From Eledone cirrhosa (lineage: Eukaryota), in contig OZ024740.1 of assembly GCA_964016885.1 (NCBI GenBank), positions 358,484,001 to 358,548,000 of the forward strand: a stretch of 64,000 nucleotides of DNA, written 5' to 3'. Under the pieces are notes generated by a model, which did not search any database, was not told where the DNA came from, and saw only the letters and a list, made by a program, of their open reading frames with translations. Shown here in pieces: positions 43,395 through 61,129 of the stretch (within the stretch, counting starts at the first letter, position 1; each line of letters opens with the position of its first letter). The translations under genes and the position numbers were made by a program.

Positions 43395-43826
43395 TTAGAA
43401 ACTCTAGTGGAGTCTGTGCTGCTGTACGGGTCTGAGACTTGGACACTGACCAAGAAACTCACTCAGATGGTGAATGGGTGCTACACGAGAATGCTGATGA
43501 TGGCTCTGAACATTAATAAATATACACTGAGGATGAAAAACTCAGAGCTGTATGGGAGCCTCCCAAAAGTCAACTCAAAAGTAACACAGAGGAGAGTGAG
43601 GTTAGCTGGACATGCTCACCGACATCCAAAGTTGACACTGCACTCAGTGCTCCTGTGGGAGGCCCTACATGGACACACTGGAAGAGGAAGACCAAAGTTA
43701 ACGTATGTTGATGCCCTAAAGACGGACACTAGTCTGTTAGAGACGCAGGACATGGCAGCGATAATGAGGGACAGAGACCGCTGGAGAGAACTCGTCCATG
43801 GATCTCGGGAATTTTACCCGCTCTAG
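43395..43826 (+). mobile_element. RTE LINE C-terminal fragment
   Basis: VESVLLYGSETWTLT..GCYTRML..RLAGHAHRH..GRGRPKLTYVD..MRDRDRWR; related to the 47831-50185 ORF C-terminus; ends in (TA)n. Confidence 0.9.
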
Positions 43827-43850
43827 ATATATATATATATATATATATAT

Positions 43851-45666
<1,816 letters not shown>

Positions 45667-45730
45667 TACTAGATAATTATCAACATTGAGTTTCTGCGAG
45701 AAGAATTGTGGAAGGTGTTATAAAATGAAC

Positions 45731-45762
<32 letters not shown>

Positions 45763-45764
45763 AT

Positions 45765-46520
45765 AAAGAATTCATATCTAGTAACATATATATACATACA
45801 GATGCATATCAATGCTAGCAAATATATAGGTTTTGTCTTAATAACAGTGTGGTTCAATGCATGGGGTTGCAGAACAATAATATAAGAGACGTAATATATT
45901 TACGTAATATATTTACTCCATTCCAGAAACTAATTAGTTGGAAGTGATATTTTAGTAAGTAAGTTAATTTTATAATTTTCTTATTTTACGTCTCTTATAT
46001 TATTGTTCTGCAACCCCATGCATTGAACCACACTGTTATTAAGACAAAACCTATATATTTGCTAGCATTGATATGCATCTGTATGTATATATATGTTACT
46101 AGATATGAATTCTTTACTATTATCTCCAAATTATTTGTCGAGCAATATTGGCCATGACTGCTGCTACGGTTGTAGGCAGACCGCTGTCTTATTAGCAAAC
46201 CACTTTCCACTGATTGACCTCGATGTCACGTGTTCGATCCTTTTTGAATTTGCCACAGACGTAGAGGCAGTGATTTTCTCAATGGCTTCGAATTTAGTCC
46301 ACGCTTCGCTATTTCCTATCCACTGAATTATTTTTTAATAAGTTTCCAGTGTCCTCGCTTTGCCTGGAAACTTACATGAGAATAGACTTTCCTGACGACG
46401 GAATGCTTTTCCATATTATTCTTCGGAAAATATATTTACTCCATTCCAGAAACTAATTAGTTGGAAGTGATATTTTAGTAAGTAAGTTAATTTTATAATT
46501 TTCTTATTTTACGTCTCTTA
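45765..46520 (+). mobile_element. ~523-nt HHR-bearing unit with inverted leader (same family as 28003-28940)
   Basis: GAAAC-taatta-GTT at 45926-45939 and 46449-46462 (period 523). Full HHR at 46386-46468. 45765-45893 is inverted relative to 45987-46115. Confidence 0.82.
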
Positions 46521-46699
46521 TATATATATATATATGGTATTAGGATTGGGGCTCTGAAATAGCGATGTATACATGAATGTATGTATAGTATATTTGGCAA
46601 TATACCGTATGTTTATTTAAAAACATTTAGAAGACCATACGTTATCGGTTTTAAAGTAGTGACTATGTCACTTACTTCTTTTCGGCGAAAGAAGCGAGA

Positions 46700-47005
46700 G
46701 AAGCTAACAGTCTGATTTACGCTGTTTGGCGATCATCAGTGCCATGCACTCCCTGCTCCCGCCGAAAATTATTGAAGCTGGATTCTTATAGAATTCCAGT
46801 AATAATCAGGAGCTGATTATACGTCGCTATTTCAGAGCACCAATCTTAATACTTAATTTTTTACTGGACCAGCAATCGCTCTGTATAATCAGCTCCTGAT
46901 TATTACTGAATTCTATAAGAATCAAACTTCTATAATTTTCGGCGGAAGCATGGGGTGCGTGGCTCTGATGATCGCCAAACAGCGTGAAACAAACTGTTAG
47001 CTTAC
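46700..47005. mobile_element. Inverted-repeat module with HHR
   Basis: Arms 46700-46822 / 46883-47003. Plus HHR 46961-47002: ggct-CTGATGA-t-cgc/gcg-t-GAAAC-aaact-GTT-agct. Decayed minus copy at 46700-46743. Confidence 0.75.
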
Positions 47006-47059
47006 ATACGATATATTGCCAAATATACTATACATACATTCATACATATATATATATAT

Positions 47060-47610
47060 AGAAATTACATGAATCAAAGTTCTGTTCAAATCATTTATTA
47101 GCTTACAATTGTTTCTTCCAAACCGAGGTGTCTTCGGAGCAATTTTTCAATGATTGTTTACATACATGACCTCCTTTCCAACACAAGAGACGTACAGAAA
47201 CATATGTATATATCGATGTATAGTGGGTTGACATCCATTATAATATTTTAGCATGGCAATTTACATTCAAAGATTAAAGTCATATTAAAAGAAAATTAAA
47301 ACACGATTAAAGTTAAAATACAACATTGGCAGTTTACGAAGATAATGCAAGAGGATAGTTTGAAGTAATGAGTGCATGCAATAGTTACACGTGGGGCATG
47401 CACGTGTGTCTTATTTATATAAGATTATCAGATTATAGTGCGGCAAGGTGTTATATGGAATACAAGCACTTTAAGCGGGCAATCAATTGATTGAAGAAAC
47501 ACTTGTAAGCTAATAAATGATTTGAACAGAACTTTGATTCATGTAATTTGGAAGAAACAATTGTAAGCTAATAAATGATTTGAACAGAACTTTGATTCAT
47601 GTAATTTCTA
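47060..47610 (-). mobile_element. Module with variant HHR and inverted/tandem terminal copies
   Basis: Minus 47098-47142: gct-CCGAAGA..GAAAC-aatt-GTA-agc. 47060-47118 recurs inverted, twice in tandem, at 47491-47607. Confidence 0.6.
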
Positions 47611-47750
47611 TATAACTGCTCTGTAGAACAACTGATGTTATTACATTGAGCTATTTATCTTACTGGTAATAAGGTAGTAATAAATTACTGTCTTTCACTG
47701 TTTAAGGTTTAAAATATATATAACTATAAAAGGTTTTAGTATATACATAA

Positions 47751-47824
<74 letters not shown>

Positions 47825-47830
47825 TCATCA

Positions 47831-50185
47831 TCAGGTCGAGCATGCTCGGCCTTCTACGACACGTTTCCTCCATCCATCTCTGTCTCTCATAGCGTTTGCC
47901 AGTTCTTCCGCAGTGTATCCAGTATCGTCCTCAAGTTGCTTGACGTATGTCTTCTTGGGACGACCACCGTTTCTTGCTCCATGAGATGGACTCCATAACA
48001 ATACATCGCCTACTATTTCTTCCTTGCTGCGCCAACAGTAGCCACCAAATCTGAGTCTCTGTTTACGTATTGACTTGATGATAGGCGGTATATTGCCATA
48101 GAGATCCTTATTTGTTGGGTGTTCCCTCCAAGATACGCTTAAAGCAGCACGGAGTATACGTGTGTATGCCCCGTCTAGCTTTTTCTCCAGTTTTGACGTT
48201 AGCTTCCAAGTGATAGAGCCATAAACAACCACAGATTCCACAGCAGCTCTGAAGAAATTCCTTTTCAGTTTGACCGGCAGGTTTGATTTCCATATTTTTT
48301 CCATTGCATTCAATGCTCTCCAGGCTTTTCCCAGTCTGATGTTAACATCATGTTCTGTGGAGGCGATATAGCTACCCAAGTATTTGAAGTCGTCAACTTG
48401 CTTGATTATATCGCCGTTTAAACTTCGCATACCAACTGAGGAGTCTTGGTTCAGGCAAATATATTCTGTTTTGCCTGCGTTGACATAGAGTCCGATTTCC
48501 TTTGCAACTGATTCGATGCTGTGAAGTAGTGATGTTGCATCCTTAAGGTAGTCAGCGAGGACCGCTAAATCATCCGCATAGTCAGCATCGGTGATTTTCT
48601 GAGCTGCATGGCGTCTACTCTTTCGCTTTGTGAGAGTGAAACCAAGCTCTAAGTTTTCGTCCAGAGCTTTTCTCAATACATAGTCGAGGCAGATGATAAA
48701 AATATATGGTGCAAGAGTATCCCCTTGGAGTACTCCTGCAATGATGTCAAAGAAGTTGGTATCTCCATCAGGTGAGCGCACCATTGCGCGGGTGTTTTTA
48801 TATAACATCATGATGGCATTTACTGTTTCCTTTGGCAAGCCGTACGCTAGAAGTATCTCTCTCATCCTCCCACGATGGATGGAATCGAATGCTTTTGAAA
48901 AGTCAATAAACAGGAGAGTTTCTGGGAGGCTTTTGGCTTTTACGCCTTCCAAGATACGCCGAATAGTAAGTATTTGCCCTGATGTTGATCTGTTGGTGCG
49001 GAAGCCATTTTGGCTTTTTATCAGCAAGGGGTCAATGACAGGTCTTATTCTGTTAAGCAATATGAGATTGAATATCTTTGCGGCAATTGCCATTAGTGTT
49101 ATGTCACGGTAGCTTTTGGCCATTCCAAGATCGCCCTTTTTGGGAAAAGGGAGTATGCATCCCTCAGTCCATTTATCTATGGGGTCTTGATTACACAACT
49201 CTAGTAGGATTGGGTGAAATTCAGGTACCTTCCACACTTCAGCTGGGATCTCGTCGAGTCCGCACGCTTTTCCGTTACCAATACTTTTAACTGCTTTCTG
49301 TAGTTCCTCCATAGTGAAAGGACCTTTCTGTATTTGGTGTTCCTCTGTAAAAACAGGTATTATTTCTTCTTCGATGATCTGTGGTGCTTTGTCAAGTAGG
49401 TTCTGAAAATGTTGTTGCCACAGTTTTAAACGTCCGTCTTGGCTGGGGGCTTTCAGTTTGGCTCTGTCACTACTTTTTCTGCCACTAATTTCATTGACAG
49501 TTTTCCAGGCTTCAGCAGACCTCTTATTGCTGACAGTACTTGAGATATGATTGATTTTTTTCTGCATGTATTCGGCTTGCTCAATTTCATACTCACTTTT
49601 CAGTGCTGTACAAGCGGCATTGAAGTTACTAATGTTTTCTGGAGATCGTTGAGTGTCTTTCAGTTCTGCAGCTTTTCGCAACTCTTTGCGCTTTTGGCGT
49701 ATCCTCTCTGTTTCCCAGGGTTTCCGTTTTTTATCCTTGGGTTTTAAAGGAATGGTGTCCGCCGCTGCCTCTTTGAATGCCAATTGAAAGTGGTTAAATG
49801 TAGAATTTGACGATTTTGTTGGCGCAGAGTCTTGTAGGGCAGCAAATCGGTTGCTCAGTTGGGTTACAAAGGTTTTGTAAGTCTCAGGATTGGTATTCAG
49901 AACTGCCCAGTTGTAAGGAGTAGCATTTGCAGATTTCTTTTTATCCACTCGGAGATTTAATCGTATCTTGGCCGAGACAATGCCATGATCCGAGTCAACA
50001 CTAACAAATGAGTCATATGCTCTGCAGTTTTTTGCGCTGTTCTTCCATTTTCGATTGATTATGATATAATCCAGTTGTGTCTTGTCGCCATTTGGAGATT
50101 CGTGTGTCCACCGCTGGCCTGGTCTTTTTTGGAATATGGCGTTGAGACATCGTAAATTGTTCTCACACAAGTAATCTTTTAGCAT
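47831..50185 (-). CDS. RTE ORF: APE C-terminus + reverse transcriptase (784 aa open)
   Basis: [53 protein letters not shown]. In frame with upstream 50228-50542 across a single TGA. Confidence 0.93.
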   Translation of the reverse strand: MLKDYLCENNLRCLNAIFQKRPGQRWTHESPNGDKTQLDYIIINRKWKNSAKNCRAYDSFVSVDSDHGIVSAKIRLNLRVDKKKSANATPYNWAVLNTNPETYKTFVTQLSNRFAALQDSAPTKSSNSTFNHFQLAFKEAAADTIPLKPKDKKRKPWETERIRQKRKELRKAAELKDTQRSPENISNFNAACTALKSEYEIEQAEYMQKKINHISSTVSNKRSAEAWKTVNEISGRKSSDRAKLKAPSQDGRLKLWQQHFQNLLDKAPQIIEEEIIPVFTEEHQIQKGPFTMEELQKAVKSIGNGKACGLDEIPAEVWKVPEFHPILLELCNQDPIDKWTEGCILPFPKKGDLGMAKSYRDITLMAIAAKIFNLILLNRIRPVIDPLLIKSQNGFRTNRSTSGQILTIRRILEGVKAKSLPETLLFIDFSKAFDSIHRGRMREILLAYGLPKETVNAIMMLYKNTRAMVRSPDGDTNFFDIIAGVLQGDTLAPYIFIICLDYVLRKALDENLELGFTLTKRKSRRHAAQKITDADYADDLAVLADYLKDATSLLHSIESVAKEIGLYVNAGKTEYICLNQDSSVGMRSLNGDIIKQVDDFKYLGSYIASTEHDVNIRLGKAWRALNAMEKIWKSNLPVKLKRNFFRAAVESVVVYGSITWKLTSKLEKKLDGAYTRILRAALSVSWREHPTNKDLYGNIPPIIKSIRKQRLRFGGYCWRSKEEIVGDVLLWSPSHGARNGGRPKKTYVKQLEDDTGYTAEELANAMRDRDGWRKRVVEGRACST

Positions 50186-50700
50186 ACAACCGTTTCTATT
50201 GGTTTGTGAGTGGTATGAGAATTTGAATCAATCAAGCTGTCCAAGACGAGCGTTGAAGTCTCCGCCAATGATGAGAACATTATATTTCGGGATTTGTCTA
50301 GTGAGTGATGTTAGTTCCATGTAGAACCTCTCTACTTCGGCCATGTCACATACATTTGTTGGACTAGAGCAAGAGATTACAGTGGTTTTAGGATTCCCGT
50401 TAAACGTAGCTATCATTATCCTTGATGTTATCATTTCAACACTCGCAAGTGCGTCATAGGCTCGGGGGCTGAAAGCATTCCAACTCCACCATTTGCTGAA
50501 TTTATGTTGTTTTTCCAAGCTCAGCAGGTTATCAGCCTCCAATTGCCAAATATTTGCTCCTTTGTTACAAGCTCTTCATGTATGAACCGGTGCTCCTGAA
50601 GACAGTTTGTCGCCTCTGCTGAAGCAATCTGTTCAGGGATTTTATGGTCTTTCTGGAGTGTTTGAACATTGAGTGTACCAGATGTCTATCTTTCCGTGTA
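50186..50700 (-). pseudogene. RTE AP endonuclease N-terminal part (disrupted)
   Basis: GTLNVQTL, CLQEHR, GGVGML/SPRA (frameshift near 50480), ISCSSPTN, IIGGDFNA, in-frame TGA at 50228-50230. Confidence 0.88.
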
Positions 50701-51398
50701 CAAGTCGGGTTGATTGTTTTCTCCGTGTATGTTTCCCAGTATCTGAATTTTCGACTGCAATCTGGGAATCCGTTGCAGGACGCGCTGCTTGTTTAACCGC
50801 GCGACGAGCACTGTGGTATGAACATCGAAAGATTTATGTCATATTTAGCTTTCAATAGCTGGATATACACTTGCGGTCACTACTCCATGCAAGTGAAAGC
50901 AGTACTCTGTATTAGAGCGGTTGTGCCTCACCGAAACATCCAACAATAGTTGATATGATCGCTTTGCCACTAGTAGTATGAACCAAATTCACAGTTACTT
51001 GATCATTGCCTTATCTACTGATCGACATCCTGCTTACCAATGTCGTCGTTTAACCCAGTCAAGACTGGTTTGACAGATTGCCTATCAAGACCAAAGAGCT
51101 CTGTCCGCCCTGGCTTTGAAAGCAGAGTGGTCCCTCTCCTAGACAGATTGCCCACCAAGGCTACCAGATATACACTATATACACTATATACACTATATAC
51201 ATATTTACACAATTTTTGGATGGCCGTTGACCGAGTTCTTCCGCCCTTTGTCAGGTTTTGTTTTTGTCCTGCAGGATGTCCAAAATCCCCCTCCTCACCA
51301 AGTAAGCTTGATGGGGTTGCCGGTTTAGTCGCCGACGACCCGACCATGCGACAGGTTGTACTGGGTTACATGTTACCAGTAGCACTCGAGAGTGGCCT

Positions 51399-51495
<97 letters not shown>

Positions 51496-51496
51496 A

Positions 51497-53880
<2,384 letters not shown>

Positions 53881-53892
53881 ATATATATATAT

Positions 53893-54168
<276 letters not shown>

Positions 54169-54316
54169 TGATATTAGGTAAATAGATGTAAAATGTGAAA
54201 TATTTATATTTAGTTCATTTTATAACACCTTCCACAATTCTTCTCGCATAAACTCAATATTGATAATTATCAAGCCGTACTTAAAATCGATTTTTCTTTT
54301 GCATTTAGGTATTCAG

Positions 54317-54399
54317 CTAATCTATAGAGTCGTCTGCGTCATGTTGTTGGTATTTATTTTAATGACCAACAACATGACGCAGACGACTCTATAGATTAG
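54317..54399. repeat. Perfect 35-bp-arm hairpin
   Basis: ctaatctatagagtcgtctgcgtcatgttgttggt / accaacaacatgacgcagacgactctatagattag. Confidence 0.92.
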
Positions 54400-54747
54400 T
54401 GGTATTTATTTTAAAGACCACTATAAGATGAAAGGCTATGTTAACCAGAGAAAGGTTTTGAAATCAGAAAAGAAAGGGATGAAACCAAATACTAAAATGT
54501 GTTTGAAAGCCTATACAACAGACAGAACATTTAAAAACTAAAGTAGGATAAATTATGCAGCGAAAGGAAACTAAAATTAGTTGATGAATAAGATATATAT
54601 ATTTCCTTTTGTCAAAAATACCAGCATTTGTGCTATCGCACCAGCTTCAACTTTGTTAATCATAGTATAATAAAAGGAGTGCGGGACTGATTCCTGAATA
54701 TATTCTTTTATCCCGTTAGTAAAATAAGTTGGATTACTTTGAATAAA

Positions 54748-55070
54748 TAATTGTTTCTACTTTTGGCACAAGGCCAGCAATTACCCAGTGCATTACTGGT
54801 ACTTTATTTTATCGACCCATAAGAATGAAAGACAAAGTTAACCTCGATGGGATTTGAACTCAGAATGGCAAGGGCCATAATTCTATGCTGCGTTGAATAA
54901 ATAATTGTTTCTACTTTTGGCACAAGGCCAGCAATTAATCAGTACATTACTGGTACTTTATTTTATCGACCCCGTAATGATGAAAGGCAAAGTTAACCTC
55001 GATGGGATTTGAACTCAGATTGTAAAGGGACGTAACTACGCTGGAAAGCATGTCTGCCCTCTACCAATAC
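54748..55070 (-). mobile_element. Two tandem SINEs, MetaSINE-like core
   Basis: Reverse complements of the 30612 element at 54748-54890 and 54900-55070. A further partial copy lies at 55568-55680. Confidence 0.85.
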
Positions 55071-56689
55071 TTGAATAAATAATGAATGAATATTACATAA
55101 TTTCTGCACTAAATTCCGTAGCTGTTGATTAAACATAACTTTACTTATATATAATGATTGCTTATTTTAAGATTCACTTCTCTTAAAATTTTCAAATGTG
55201 AACTCTTCCGGTTACGATATAACGGACGCTATATCACATGTCACTTATATAAACGTTCATTTATTTGAATCTTTATATCATAACGTTTATATTTCTGTCG
55301 CTAACTTTCTCCTTTTTCGTTTTCATTATATTTCACCGTAATGCAGTTCATACACAATGTCGTATTTTTGAAATGTATCATGGACTACTTTACTGATTAC
55401 AGAAGAGAGTGTAACACAGTCTCTTCAATTTCTGTGCATATTGTCTATTACGATTTTATATGATGTATCATATCTACATGCATATATATTTGCGTATAAT
55501 ATCAATATGCACACTATACATGCTAACAGAAAACCACCCGAAGAGTGGTTTTTCTGCTAGTTATTGCAATAATTGTTTCTACTTTTGGCACAAGGCCAGC
55601 AATTATGCCAGTGCATTATTGGTAGTTTATTTTATTGACCCCGTAGGGATGAATGGCAAAGTTAACCTCGGTGGGATGGTGCCTTAGCAGTATTGTAGTA
55701 ATAATATTGTAGAAATAAATGCATTAGGATGGTAGAATCATTAGAAACTTGGAACTAATACATTATAGTGTTTCTTCACACTCTTTATGTAATTTCAAAC
55801 CCTGTCGTGGTTCATTTTGCCTTTCTTCCCTTCGAGGTCGACTAACTAAAATACAATTCAAGTCTTAATATGCATTCCCTTACTCCCCAAATTGCTGGAA
55901 TAAATTAGCATCCATTAATTATTGTATTAATTATTTTGTACTTTGTCCGAGTTCAATAATATTATAGTTAATATTTAAGGACTGTGATGTGGTAGAGAAA
56001 GGAAAGTTCTCATGAAAATTTATTTTAGTGATCAGTAACTTCTCATGTTCTGAGTGAAATTCATAACCAAATCAACTACCGCTTATATGTTTTGAGTCAG
56101 GAATGAAAGTATTTCTGATATACTGCGGTTGTACAGCTCTGTTGCACCCGTAACACTATATATATGGCTTTGTGCTGAAGTTATTGTATATATTGGGAAA
56201 TATATTGCTCTGCATTGCGGACACCGGAGTCCGAGTTTTTGGCATCTGTGTGGATCACGCATACGGTGGCCGAGGCGCTCTGCTACTCCAATGTGCGTGC
56301 ACTCATCATGAGGGACGCAACGAAGTAGGCCAGGCGTGACTGTTTGGTTGGGAGATGAAGCGCAGGCAGGCGAGAGGGTGTTGGTCCAAGAAAGGCTTGA
56401 TCCACCCGAAGGAAGACCTGAACTTGACGTCGTTCCAGTTACATTCGACATCGGTATACTGGGGACGGCAAGGCCTTCGTCGGTCCAATCAACCAGCCCG
56501 ACTCCAGCTCACGGACAACGCTAACTTCTTGCGTAGAATCTCGTTGATGAGGGTGCAGCTGGAGGAGATTGTGTGAAGATAGGCCGGCTGTGCCATGCAT
56601 CGGAAGCCGAGGACATCTAATCTCACAGGAAGTTTCGTCTGTTGCCAGCTGGCGCTGTCAAAGCAAATCTAACAGATTAGAAATCAATA

Positions 56690-57075
56690 ATGTAATCAAC
56701 TTATATATTTGCGATTGTTTTGGCCGTAGAACCTATGTAGTGCCATGCTAAGTTGCCCGAATTTATAGTACACAGGTACGGCTGGGGCGTTAAAAAAAGA
56801 TGGTACGTTCACAGACATTCTATAAAGAACCGTAGACCAGTTAACACAACAACGCTCGTCAATAAAATCTGGCAACTTAAGGATACAAACCAAGAATACA
56901 GGATTAGATGGTCGAAATTATCGGGAGCAAAAGCCTACAGTAATGGAATGTCCCACTGCGGACTTTGCAATATGGAGTTGTTCCATATTTTAAAGTATGA
57001 CAAAATGCTGCTTAACAGCAAAATAAAACGGTTAATTTTCTGTAGGCACTAAGCAGCTACTAAATTCGCAAATTT
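56690..57075 (+). pseudogene. Naiad-type PLE GIY-YIG endonuclease C-terminus
   Basis: KKRWYVHRHS..TTLVNKIWQLKD..IRWS..AKAYSNGMSHCGLCNME..LLNSK..CRH. Confidence 0.8.
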
Positions 57076-57544
57076 CAAACCAACATTACTCGATCCAACA
57101 ATCCCATAATTCAAACTGAACCACTTAGTGCCTATTATAATAACCCACTATTATTAACTGTCAATAGACCAACTAATCAGTAAATCCACATCATAACCTC
57201 CTAACCTTTCTTTCTTTCACTCTCTTTCCCCAAAACTATTTCACCTCTTCCATTATATCCTATCATGTTCTCTTCACCTCTCACATAACTTCTCATTTAT
57301 TAATGTATCCTTTATTTATCACTGTATTATTTCTTCCTAATATAACCCTCTGTAATTTAACCAAAACATATGTATATATTTAATATTTTCATATTTATAC
57401 CATCACATCTTTATACTTACACACCACTATAACTTTAACCACCACCACCACCACCACAACTATTTTCAACAATCATATTATGTTCATTCTTTTCACACGT
57501 ATATATTTTTTTGCTTATTTTAACCATCTTCATTCTAACTTATT

Positions 57545-57800
57545 TATTATTTTTTATTTTTTATTTTTTATTTTTTATTTTTTATTTTTTATTTTTTATT
57601 TTTTATTTTTTATTTTTTATTTTTTATTTTTTATTTTTTATTTTTTATTTTTTATTTTTTATTTTTTATTTTTTATTTTTTATTTTTTAGTTTTTATTTA
57701 TTTCTTATTTTTTATTTTTTATTTTTTATTTTTTATTTTTTATTTTTTATTTTTTATTTTTTATTTCTTATTTTATTATTTTTTATTTTTTATTTTTTAT

Positions 57801-57833
<33 letters not shown>

Positions 57834-57955
57834 ATTTTTTATTTTTTATTTTTTATTTTTTATTTTTTATTTTTTATTTTTTATTTTTTATTTTTTATTT
57901 TTTATTTTTTATTTTTTATTTTTTATTTTTTATTTTTTATTTTTTATTTTTTACT
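57545..57955. repeat. (TTTTTTA)n heptamer array
   Basis: About 55 units; produces the FFIFYFL artefact ORF. Confidence 0.95.
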
Positions 57956-58389
57956 TTTGTCTCTCTTTTCCTTTTTTCCTTTTTTTCTTTTTCTTTTATT
58001 ACTGATGTGATTTGAATTTTCCTAGTATATTACAAACGCGGTGTATAATTTTAATCAGTTATTCCGATGATTTGATTAGTTATGCATGTATTTAAAATTG
58101 AGTGACACAACTTCAAGTGATTAGCAATTTTTAGACACCATAATCAATGAACAATTGTTAATACAGTAAATAAAACCCTTTTTGTACTGTTGACCATGTT
58201 ATTCTTCACTCTTTCACTATTATTACTCCAAGATTAACGTGGATAGGAATTCCCGCGAACTCGCTACCTAACTAAGGAAACCTCTTGTTGAGTCAAACAA
58301 CGCCGTACGTTAAAACTATCCATAATACAGAGTACTCACAACCTCTAACTGGATTATCTATAACAATGATTTGTTATCCAATATATATA

Positions 58390-58440
<51 letters not shown>

Positions 58441-58448
<8 letters not shown>

Positions 58449-59103
58449 GGAATAGAATGAAACGAAATTTCATTTTTCACTCTTAATACGGCAGTTACTT
58501 AAATGTAAGTATGTATGTATACGTACATAGATATATGTATCCAGACGTACAGTAGTATGTATATATATACATACATGCACACAGATATATATGCACTTAT
58601 CGGTTTACCGAACATTTATTATAATGCTCGGTTTGTTTGTAAACAAACAAACAGCCCGAATTATGCCGTACAGTGTTTAGGCAACCACGTCACCTTTTTG
58701 TTCAACACTGACACAGGAACGATGTACTAGTTTCAAGCTTATTAGCTATCGTCAGCATCGTATACCTTCCTGCCAGATGATTGAACGTCTGAAAGTATAT
58801 ACTTTCCTTATGCATATTAACGGCTGAGCAGCCTAATTTGCATATCGAGTGAGTTTAGTCGGTCGGGCGCACCGAAAACGATAAATGGAATAGAATGAAA
58901 CGAAATTTCATTTCTCACTCTTAGTACGGCAGTTACTTAAAGGTAAGTATGTATCTATACGTACATACATATATGTATACAGACGTACAGTAGTATGTAT
59001 ATATATACATACATGCACACACATATATATATGCACGTATCGGTTTACCGAACATTTATTATAATACTCGGCTTGTTTGTAAACAAACAAACAGTCCGAA
59101 TTA
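58441..59103 (-). mobile_element. Diverged 1.5-unit copy of the 422-426-nt HHR unit
   Basis: Period about 439 (58441/58881). Minus HHR 58719-58761: acgatg-CTGACGA-tagctaataagctt-GAAAC-ta-GTA-catcgt. Confidence 0.88.
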
Positions 59104-59533
59104 TATATATATATGGGATAACATATATATATATATGGATAACATATATATATATATATTTTTTTCCTAATAATCGTCTCTTTCTCCCTGATGTCATATA
59201 TATATATATAACATCCTTTATGTAAGTGGACAGTAAATGACTTATGGAGCCGCAGAAACCCCAACACTGGACTTTACCATCATTCCAGGGGTCCGGGTGA
59301 GTATAAAACATTTATGCTTTCATATATTTTTATATCTGTATATCTGTTTGACCCGAAATAGGAGATCTAATCTTCGCTGTGTGGATAATTAGTTTAACCA
59401 CCATCTCAGTGTGTTTGGCCTTTAACGTAAGTTGTAAGCTATAATTCATTTGAATTATAGAGCGCTTGCCTCACAATTCGAAAGTGTTTTTTCGTTATTT
59501 CATGGGCTGAAATTCGATTCTCGCTAATTTTTA

Positions 59534-59608
<75 letters not shown>

Positions 59609-60369
59609 AGAGGTTATATATTTAATTTGTTGGGATACAACAAGCAAAATGTTTTTATAACTGATATAAAGCACTCAACAAATTAATTGGAGTAAATATA
59701 CAATATATTAACAAATATATACTATATATTAACAAATGGAAACTATATTTATAAAACCATATTTATTTCATTATACATATTTGTTGGCCCTTGAAATATG
59801 TATAATGAAGTAAATATGGTTTTATAAATATACTTTCTATTTGTTAATATATATTTATATTTATATATATATATATATAATCGTTGTGTCTGTATGATAT
59901 GTTTTCTAGTTTGTTGGGTTCGAGCTTTAAATCAGAGTGTGGGTCCTAGTTTTGCAAGTTATATATTTATTGAGTTTTCATTTTAAGGAGGGTATAGTGA
60001 CAAAGTAATATATGTATGTAAATTCGAAGCACATTCCTCTCGTGTCTATTTGTGCTGTTTTGTTTAGTTCATTTGTGACCCATCATTTGGAACGTTATCA
60101 TTTTTGTTGGGCACCGGCCTTTGTGCTTCTAAATTTGTACGTTTTCGCACGAATCAGTTTTCGTACATTTCTTTTCTTAATTCCAAAGAAAGAACATCAG
60201 TACATCTATATGATTCTTTGGATCTTTTAATAGGAACACTTGCAATGCAACGATGAACGTTATATTACTTACATGCATCGGTATTCCTATTTTCTTTTAT
60301 TTGTTTATCATTTCCTAGTTTCGCTTTTCTTTTGGTTGTAAACACCCCGCGCTGTGTGGTTTCACACTA

Positions 60370-60565
60370 CCTTCTTGCATCCCAAACAATCTTGCTATTT
60401 CCATCTTTAATTCCGAATACTTGGTGATTTTCTCAGCCTTTTTACACACGATATTCGTATCATTTGATATTGTACGTTAATGACCTGACAGTATTTGTCT
60501 CACTTATTCAATACGACAAAATACGGTCGAAATCATAATCCCAGATTTTCGTTGCTTTCCTATTC
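60370..60565 (-). pseudogene. R4/Dong-type LINE restriction-like endonuclease remnant
   Basis: Minus RPYFVVLNK*DKYCQVINV / ISNDTNIVCKKAEKITKYSELKMEIARLFGM, matching the RPD..D..EK..KY motif. Confidence 0.7.
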
Positions 60566-61129
60566 ACCTGTATTACTTTACAATGCACATCTTCATGTAT
60601 AGTCATGCTCCTGAGATGTATGCATTTATGATCGGGGCATTAGGATGCATAAGGGAATTTAGACCAGTGTTAGTGTACTGCATCAGATTTTTTGTCACAG
60701 GGTTCTGTTTACTTTTCTGGTGTTATTTTACTGTTTATTGATGTGTCCACTATGTGTAATATGGGTTGTGTTAGTTTGTTGGGTGGTGAATACCTACTAT
60801 ATAATGTGTCTGATTATTGGCTATGTTGTGTATGGACTTTGTAGCGATAATGAGTAACGGCTGTCTTGTGTGTTGGTTATGTAAGATATTTATGCTGCAG
60901 TTTCAATTACATTGGGGAACAAAATAAAAAAAAGAAAATATTTTTTCTTTGGTGCCTGAGATTTAAGATCTGATTCTGACATCTTTATGTGACTGACTTA
61001 GAAAATACCATCCGATTTCTTCTAAAAGCTTCTATTTATACGTTATTAAATACAACAGTACTCACTTTATTACCCTTCTGGAATGGAATTATAAGCTGCT
61101 CGTAAATATAAATGCATCTGTATGATTAA

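Larger units (their letters stand above)
47822..51400 (-). mobile_element. Full-length RTE-clade LINE inserted in (TA)n
   Basis: 5' UTR about 50780-51400, APE + RT coding region, (TGA)n tail at 47821-47832, long (TA)n on both flanks. Confidence 0.95.

Noticed and set aside
50228-50230. In-frame TGA as selenocysteine or readthrough
   Set aside because: Nearby frameshifts indicate decay; a GGA>TGA substitution is simpler.
51260-51400. HDV-like ribozyme at the RTE 5' end
   Set aside because: Expected for some RTEs, but I could not build the nested double pseudoknot by eye. Needs an RNArobo or Infernal search.
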